Shown: positions 56,500 to 64,000 of the stretch, one piece after another
Position numbering within the stretch: position 1 is the first letter of the stretch
How the letters are laid out: every line of letters begins with the position of its first letter
Source: Vermamoeba vermiformis
Taxonomy: Eukaryota
Direction: 5' to 3'
Length of the DNA: 64,000 bases
Assembly: GCA_045837725.1 (NCBI GenBank)
Contig: JBEWZL010000096.1
Location: forward strand, 1-64,000
Made by a program: the position numbers and the translations under genes
Notes under the pieces: generated by a model
What the model saw: the letters and a program-made list of their open reading frames with translations, nothing else
Database searches by the model: none
What the model was told of the DNA's origin: nothing

Positions 56500-57759
56500 A
56501 TGGAATCGAAAGCGATTAAGAAGTCAGTAATAATCATTGGTGCCGGATGGAGCGGTGTTGGAGTCGCTGGATCCTTGGAATTCCACGGCGTTGATGATTA
56601 TCTTATTCTGGAGCAGAAAGAATGTTACGGTGGATTTTGGAAAGACTCTACGTACGATTCAGTCAGAATGCACGACTTGAGTCGGTTGTATCAAACACCG
56701 AGCGAGATCGCTGAAAAATACAAAGACCAATTTTTAAATCGCAACCAAGTAACACAATATTTACGAGAATACGCAGAACATTACAGTATGCCATCCAAAA
56801 CAGTCTTTAATTTTCAAGTAACCAAGGTGCGTCAAAACGAAGACTCAAGCTGGGTCATCGATGGTGTTAATACGCGCAACAAAACGAATCACTCGTACAC
56901 GTGCACTTACCTCTGCATTGCGACATCATATTGCAGAGTACCATTCATCCCAAACATCTTGAAAGAGTCCATGCAGGGCTACGAAGGCCAAATTATGCAT
57001 TCGGCACATTACAAAAACCCGCAGAGCTTTAACAAGTTGAGCAGCGGCAGCAAGATTCTCATCATTGGTGGCGGACATTCAGCGTCTGAAATTGGCACAG
57101 AACTCGCCGACAAAGGCTTCAAGGTCGTCATTTCTTACCGCAGTGGCCAGTACTTCATGCGACAGGCAGACTGGACTGCGTACATGAGTCAACAAACGAT
57201 TGACAAGGCAATGCAAAGCTGGAACTGTTGCATGGCTGACGCTCAGTTCAATGAACTGCTGGACCAGTACAACGCGCGTTTCAGTGCCCTGATCTACGAC
57301 ATCAACAATGACATCAACTGGCCCAAGCCGGAACTGCCTCCAGCTTCGTTCCTCGTGCTGCACAAGAAGACATTCATCGACGATCCGCACTTCTTTGAGC
57401 AACTTCAGCTCGGGAACATAACAGCCACGGGACCAGTTGAACGCATCACTACAACTGGCGTGAAGTTCGTGGACGGAAGGTGCTTGGATTTTGACGGCAT
57501 TGTGCTGTGCACTGGATTTCGGCCAGGACTGGACGAGTTCTTGGAAAACGCAGATGCCTACACTAGTTTGCGCAGATATCCGAACATGCCGCCTGAGAAA
57601 TTTCCTCTTCCACTGACCGATGGCAGGTGCAAATCAGTCGTCAAACCAAATTTATTCTTCCCTGGTTTTGATTATGGAATCAATCAGCGAGTAGATTTTG
57701 CGGTCTATTCGTGGCATGTTGGAGAACAGATAGCGAAAGAACTGAAAGCGTCACCTTAA
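56500..57759 (+). CDS. Flavin-containing monooxygenase (FMO/YUCCA-like), intronless
   Basis: GAGWSG (FAD), GGFW, IMHSAHYK (FMO fingerprint), GGGHSA (NADPH), DGIVLCTGF. Single uninterrupted ORF. Confidence 0.9.
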   Translation: MESKAIKKSVIIIGAGWSGVGVAGSLEFHGVDDYLILEQKECYGGFWKDSTYDSVRMHDLSRLYQTPSEIAEKYKDQFLNRNQVTQYLREYAEHYSMPSKTVFNFQVTKVRQNEDSSWVIDGVNTRNKTNHSYTCTYLCIATSYCRVPFIPNILKESMQGYEGQIMHSAHYKNPQSFNKLSSGSKILIIGGGHSASEIGTELADKGFKVVISYRSGQYFMRQADWTAYMSQQTIDKAMQSWNCCMADAQFNELLDQYNARFSALIYDINNDINWPKPELPPASFLVLHKKTFIDDPHFFEQLQLGNITATGPVERITTTGVKFVDGRCLDFDGIVLCTGFRPGLDEFLENADAYTSLRRYPNMPPEKFPLPLTDGRCKSVVKPNLFFPGFDYGINQRVDFAVYSWHVGEQIAKELKASP

Positions 57760-57909
57760 CAATAAACTAGCGTGAAATACATTTATCCTTGCAAAGCAAA
57801 CTCGTTTCGCAGCAAACGTATGCCAAACTGAAGCAACCCAAGGGAAAAAAACTTGCAACCTTGTTCTACCGGTACACTGTTAGTAAAAGTATATCGCACA
57901 GTACTTCAC

Positions 57910-59950
57910 TTACCGAGATAAATTTGCTGGAGGACCAAAGCGTTGGTCGCCCGATGTTGCAAGTGTAATGTGGGCGAGCTCTATTCGAAGGAGTAACAAC
58001 AGTAGCAATGAACGACGAGCGCATCCTGTGAAGGCATTCCATCCTTTTGTTGAGCTCTTGGTCTGGGCGCTGATATGGGTTGCATTGCTAAGCAGCGGGT
58101 ACCTAAACGGCAATTCTAATTATAACGAATTTTCTTTAAAGAACAAAGAAATTTAATTTTCAACTTACGCGTAACGGGTTTGCCTTTATAAGAATCGAAC
58201 TGATCCTTAGCAAAGGACAAAGACGAGACCCTTATCAACAGCTTCTTTAGTGCTCATATTTTTATCGTTGAGCTCTTCGAACTTTGTGTCGTTTTTTTGA
58301 GTTTGCTGTTGATCGCTTGTTTCAGGCCCTGAATTTCAACCGCAAATTCTTGTGCAGCGTTGCTTGAGGGTTTCTGAAAAGAAAATAATCCATGGTTAGT
58401 ATTGCTTCAACTATTGTACACGTACAGCCTTTGTGAATCAGAAGCACACTTACTCCAGTATTTGTGACTGCCAAGGCTTAAGCGCTCTGAACTTTCTTCT
58501 CTCCATCAGATCCTGATCGGTAACGGCCAGAAAACTGAATGTCAAAGCCCAAAATGGCTGCTGCATCCAACAGAGGAAGATTAGCCGCCAAGTACATATT
58601 GCTGTAGATTTGCGCGTTTGTCTGCGCCAAGCTAATAAGCGATTCGGCTTTAGTGAGTAAGCCCTACGATTGGTTAGAGACGAACAGTAATCGAACAAAT
58701 AACATACCCAATCGGCTTGTCAAGCAAAGGAAGCACGATTTTTTCGCAGACAGTTTGTGGTTGACAATCCAAGCAGCAGCTTACAATGTCTAGAAATTCT
58801 GTGCATGTGCTAATGTTGTGAATACGGAACTGTTTGTGTTCGTACTCTTCCATAGTGTTGTTGTAGAATATGGGGGGGGGGGGTCCAGCGAGATTGTCAC
58901 TACGGGCACAATAGCGAAGTTAGCGTCTTTTATCGGCATACCTTCCGATCCACACGATGGTTTCACTTCCTAAGTATTTCGTTGGTTTGCGTTTCCGCGT
59001 GACCATATTCTTGGAGCACCGCGGTCTTCGAAAGCTTGCTGAACTTTGACACCGGGTGTTTTTCTTTTAAAAACACCACAGAGCGGTCTCTTTAAATTCT
59101 TCAAAGTAGGATATCGTGGTCATGGTAGCAGGAACTCACCATTGCTTCAGTCAACCGTCGCTGAATTCTGGCGGCTTCCACTACTGTCGGAGACGTTGTT
59201 TAGGCTTCTTTCGCTCCACTACCATAGCTTTGCCTTTCGCGCCAGTAGTGCACTACGAGCAGTTCTACCGCCGCTGCTCTGCGATTCCGATGTCGCTCTA
59301 GCGATTGACTGCCTGAGGCGATTCTTTAGGCATTATTAGCTGTTTTTTTGCCATGGAGGATGAAGGTCTGATAAGGAACGATTAGAATTCGAAATAATTG
59401 GGAGTTAGATGTGGATCTCAGACTTACTCCTTCTGTTTGAACTCTAAGTTCGCGATTAGCAAGTATTCCTCGAGCAAGAAGAAGCTTGAAGAGATAGAAA
59501 AGCGAGCCAAGCTGTTAGAAGACCGAATTTGGAAAGAGCAACACCGTGGCAATCATCAACACGGGGTTGGCAAAGAACATTTCGGGTGGCTCACGTACAC
59601 TTCAATTGAATGTAGCGACACCCATCAGTGCATAAAGATCTGGTTTGAAAGACAGGCTGTACGGTCAACGGATCTTACAACTGATGGCGCTTTGGAAAAA
59701 TCCGGAAAAACATTAAGGCTTAAAAGCATATAGTTCGTCAGATAATACAGTGTATCATATATATGGTTAGCAGAGAAAGAGGACAATTGATCTAGTCCTA
59801 TAAGAGCGAGAGATCGAGTTCGACGGCATGCGATCAGATTTGGAATGGTGTTCCCTCTCATGCGATTTAAAAGGCGAAGCGAAGTGTACCAATGATTATG
59901 GTTCAAAAGATTCATGGCAAAAGATAGAACGACAATTTCGAAGTCTTGAA
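57910..59950 (-). pseudogene. Possible decayed multi-exon gene of unknown family
   Basis: Minus-strand GTAAG/GTATG donors and coding-like stretches (e.g. EFAVEIQGLKQAINSKLKKNDTKFEEL) interrupted by several in-frame stops. A 12-G run at 58872-58883. Confidence 0.3.
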
Positions 59951-60458
59951 ATCCGGTACGATGAAACAAAAAAATGAAAATTAAGGCACCAGTAATTTTA
60001 AATATCGCAATTCTCTTTAAAGACGCATATATAGGTTAAATTTTATCTAAGGATTGTTTTAGTTTAATTATTAAAATACTTACTCGCAAGTTTGGTTTTG
60101 AGCGCGAAACGTAGCGGCCAAGATCTCGCTTCCTTTTGTTTCAATCGGAAAGGCAACCCTACGAGTGATCAATAGTCAGTATATATACTATATTACGGTC
60201 ATGATTTGATTAACAGCAACGAACTTGCAACCTCCGAGCGGATTAGCATTGGATTCGTTGCGCAACTTGCTGCAGGCAAAACAACTTACACTACAAGAGG
60301 TTCTTTTCTTAGTACTACTTCGTCGACATATGTTGTTGTTGTTGCTTGCGAGTTAAGAATGATTGAAAGAAAGCTCGGTGGTTACAAGACAAAAATTAAT
60401 GTTTGGATGAGTTCCCAGGCAAAAATCTTTCTTGAAGAGCTGCCATGAAGAACAACTA

Positions 60459-62638
60459 ATGCGTACATACAATATTTTTATTTCTTTATTAGTGTTAACG
60501 ACGGCGTTACTATTGTGCAGTGCGCAACAGACGGAAGTGATCCAAATAGCGGATGGATCTTTAAGAGGTCTTGTCCAAACCGGTTTCCGAGTATTTTTTG
60601 GAATTCCTTATGCTGTAAGATACCGTAATAGTTTGGAAATGGCTTAGATATTCTTATTATTAATTTTAAAAATTATCATACAAAATTTAAGCGATACGAA
60701 ATTCCTATTCACAGTATTGAATGCTGTTTAATAGTATGCATAGTAATAACAGTATGAATGATCATATTTTAATAGGAGCCTCCCGTTGGTAATCTTCGTT
60801 GGAAACCTCCTGTACCAAAATCCCCGTGGAGCCCGAATACTCTGGATGCAACTGCTCCTGGGTACGGTTATTATTAAATATATAATAGTAATGCAGAATT
60901 ATTATTATTGGTAGCTATTCTGTCGGTTAACTCTGATATATTTTTTAGCAACTGTTGCCCTCAGATCAGTTCAATGACCAACGCACAAGATGAAGACTGC
61001 TTATTTTTGAACGTATTTACTCCTACTAATGCCTCGCCGACCAATTTAAAGCCAGTAATGGTTTGGATCCACGGAGGTGCGATCTGATCGTTCGATCGAA
61101 AAAATGTTTTCGGTTCTCATTTTGCAATTTCTATTTATAGGCGCATGGTGGGCAGGATGCAGCACTCAAAATATATACTACGGCGACTATTTAACGAACA
61201 CTAGTGATGTTGTCGTAGTGTCGATGAATTATCGATTGGGCGCACTAGGCTTTTTGTACAATGGCAATGGAATTGAAGGAAATTACGGATTTATGGATCA
61301 AGTGCTCGCTTTGCAGTGGGTGCAGAATAATATTAGACATTTTGGAGGCGATCCTAATCAGGTGACCTTATTTGGTCAAAGGTAAGATAAAATCAGCGGA
61401 TCCGATCCAAAAAAATTCATCATTAATTAATTTTTAATCTATAGCGCTGGAGCTATTTCCGTGGGCCTTCATTTGACTCAACCTTATAGCTACTTAAACA
61501 ATTACTTCCATAAGGCTATTATGCAGAGCAATCCGTGGACCTTGAAAATGCGCAATCCAAAGCAAACAATTCCATTCGCAAACACCTTTTCGATCTTTTT
61601 AGGATGCATCATTAATGATACGAATTGTTTATTACGACAGCCACTGAAGGATATTTTGAGCGCACAAATGAAATCTGTCGTAATTCCTTGGCCTCCATCG
61701 TTTGCCATTTATGGTAATATTAATATTGAAATATTTGAAATAATAACTTAATTTCTTAGAATTGCCATTCGAGCCTACGATTGACAACAAATACGTCGTG
61801 GATCAGCCAATCAAATTAGCGCTGGAAGGAAATTTCTACAAAGTTCCTATCCTGATGGGCACCGTGCAAAACGAGTCATTAGTTTTCTTGGAAAAAGCAA
61901 TGGGTGCCGTGGGCGTAAATCAAGTCACGGACACTGAATACGGTGCGCTCTTGCTTGGCGTATTTGGTTCTCATGGCTTGGATGTGTTCTTCCAATATCC
62001 CCCAGGTACGTTTCGCCACAGAATAATTACTCACAATGCTAATATTAAACAAACTTGTTGCTGCTTTCCATAAAAGGAAATATTTTATTAATGTTATTTT
62101 TGGTTTTTTGTAGTGGGCAATAACGCGACTGTGGGAGCATCAGGAATGGGTACTGATTATTTATTCATGTGTCCTACGCGAGCTGCTGTGCGTTCAATGA
62201 CTAAGAGTGGCGTACCAGTCTATTACTATCATTTCTTGCATTCACCATCGACCGATCCGTCAGATCCTTGGCCCTATTGCCAGGTAAATATTATATATAT
62301 GATTAAGTATTATTATTAATCACATTTAAAAATTATAGAACTCGTTCGTATGCCATACAGCAGATGTACCGTTTTCGATGAACACATCCAGCATCATTTG
62401 GCCGAACTACAAATTGACGACAGCGGAACAATTATTAGCGGACAAAATGGCGAGATATTGGACCGCTTTCGCGAAGTCTAAGACAGCTGAAGTCAAGTGG
62501 CCAAGCGATTTATTATCGTGGCCTAAGTACGATCCGCAACGACAGCTTTCGATGTCCTTTAACTTGAACATTTCTATTAGTATTAATTATAATGGTGCTA
62601 ATTGCGATTTTTGGGACAACTACGGATATTTAAATTGA
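60459..62638 (+). CDS. Secreted type-B carboxylesterase (cholinesterase-like)
   Basis: Signal peptide; FFGIPYA|EPPVGNLRW; EDCLFLNVF; PVMVWIHGG; NYRLGALGFL; FGGDPNQVTLFGQSAG; GTVQNE; CH catalytic His. Confidence 0.92.
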
Positions 62639-62721
62639 AGCAATGTAATTTCCAAGTAAAATAAAACAAGTTTGTAAAGAGATCTGGTAATTTACAAAAA
62701 ATTCTGCGGTGAGTTTAGTAC

Positions 62722-64000
62722 TTAGTTATCAGATACAGGGTTGCTGGTGTTATTAACAATAATTTGATTAGCATCAGGTTTCTTTTGTTGCGGCTGTGGC
62801 GGTAACTCGATCTCGTTCTTTTGTTTTCGGATCGGCTTGGGACTGTTCTTCTTTTGTTTCTTCGGCTTTTCTTCTTTCTTTTCAACTACTGGCTGCTTTT
62901 TTTCTTTGGTATTCGCTGTCTTTTTCTTCGGCTCTTTCTCTTGCACGTTTGTTTTACCACCGGATCCATCGCCGGAAAGGTCTCTTTCTCCAAATGCGAT
63001 TTCATATACGTCCTTATAGTAGTCGACGAAATGCGGTGTAATTCCTCTCGTAATATTTTCTTCTAATTCTTCCCAATCAACCCTGAAGGAAATTTTGTGT
63101 TAGATCCGGATCTAGCTGCCATAAAAGTTCCTTTTAAGGAGATGCCAAGAAATATATGCTTACTTGTTATCAATAGGCAAGATCACGTGCTTGATATTTG
63201 CACGACTGGCAGCAATAATCTTTTCTTTGATAGCACCGACTGGCAAGATCTTTCCTGAAAGCGTAATTTCGCCAGAAATAGCCATATCATCGATAACAGA
63301 TCTACAATGAGAATAAAATTAATAAAATATCGATCGATCACGATGCTGCTTATGACGTACTTGTTGAGAGCTAATGACAGCAATGAAGTCACCATCGGGA
63401 CACCAGCACTAGGACCGTCTTTGCTGGTGGCACCTTCGGGCAAGTGCATATGCACGGAGTACTATAAAATTAACAATAAGACTTAGGCTCAGAAAGAATT
63501 TTTAAAGCAGATCCAGATCCGATCCAAAAATTTGCAGCAGCAGACGTACCTGTTCGAAGAATCTATTCTCCGGTGCCACGCTGTACAAGAAATTTCGTGC
63601 GTAAGTGAAAGCAATGTTGCTGCTCTCTTTCATCACTTCGCCCATTTGACCAGTCGTCTTCAAGCCCTCATCATGGTCACGTGTGCCTTCAATCACGGTC
63701 TCTACGTACAGCGCAGAGCCGCCCATTGGAGTCCAGCTGAGACCCATGACGACACCCGGGGGACATGTTTCGTAGTGTCTATATTTGGAAATTAGAAAAT
63801 ATTCGCAAAGTTACGTTCCAACGCAGATCTAGATCCATTTCGGCGGTACTAGCTTGAGTTGCTAATTTCTATCACATTTAAACGTACCTATCAGTGGTAT
63901 ATTTAGGCTTGCCAACATATTCCTCCAAATTGTCGTGGTTGACTGTGATCGGAGTTTCAGTGCCTTTCGTCTGCTTTTCTTTTTGGAGCTAAAAATAGAC
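62722..64000 (-). CDS. Lon protease, 3' part (runs off the window end)
   Basis: [40 protein letters not shown] (catalytic Ser), [18 protein letters not shown] (catalytic Lys), then a Lys/Glu-rich tail. Confidence 0.9.

Overview
Compact, intron-rich eukaryotic nuclear DNA with short GT-AG introns (often ~50-70 nt) and CTAAC/CTAAT-type branch points. The gene content suggests a free-living protist, probably an amoebozoan (inference). About 23 protein-coding genes were assembled by hand-splicing the ORF fragments: a nucleotidyltransferase fused to a T4 Rnl1-like RNA ligase, CPSF160, fumarylacetoacetase, a disrupted PD-(D/E)xK-like+kinase gene, a TPR protein, an ABCC transporter, NAD kinase, a J-domain-less membrane DnaJ-like protein, SPRY-F-box-WD40, a DHHC palmitoyltransferase, a coiled-coil protein, BORCS6-like, DNA2, an orphan membrane protein, DUF3605-like, a His-brace LPMO-like secreted protein, an ependymin-related protein, an RBD-DEP-soluble adenylyl cyclase-STAND-TPR protein next to a RasGEF, a TspO-like membrane protein, a dienelactone hydrolase, an intronless FMO, a carboxylesterase and the 3' part of Lon. 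Highlights: the RasGEF plus Ras-binding cyclase pair, the NTase-RNA ligase fusion, two minor-spliceosome (U12) introns (one AT-AC), a degraded copy of a CPSF160 exon beside the disrupted nuclease-kinase gene, and several single-base frameshifts that may be assembly errors. Family calls come from motif recognition, not database searches. Gene coordinates span start to stop including introns.
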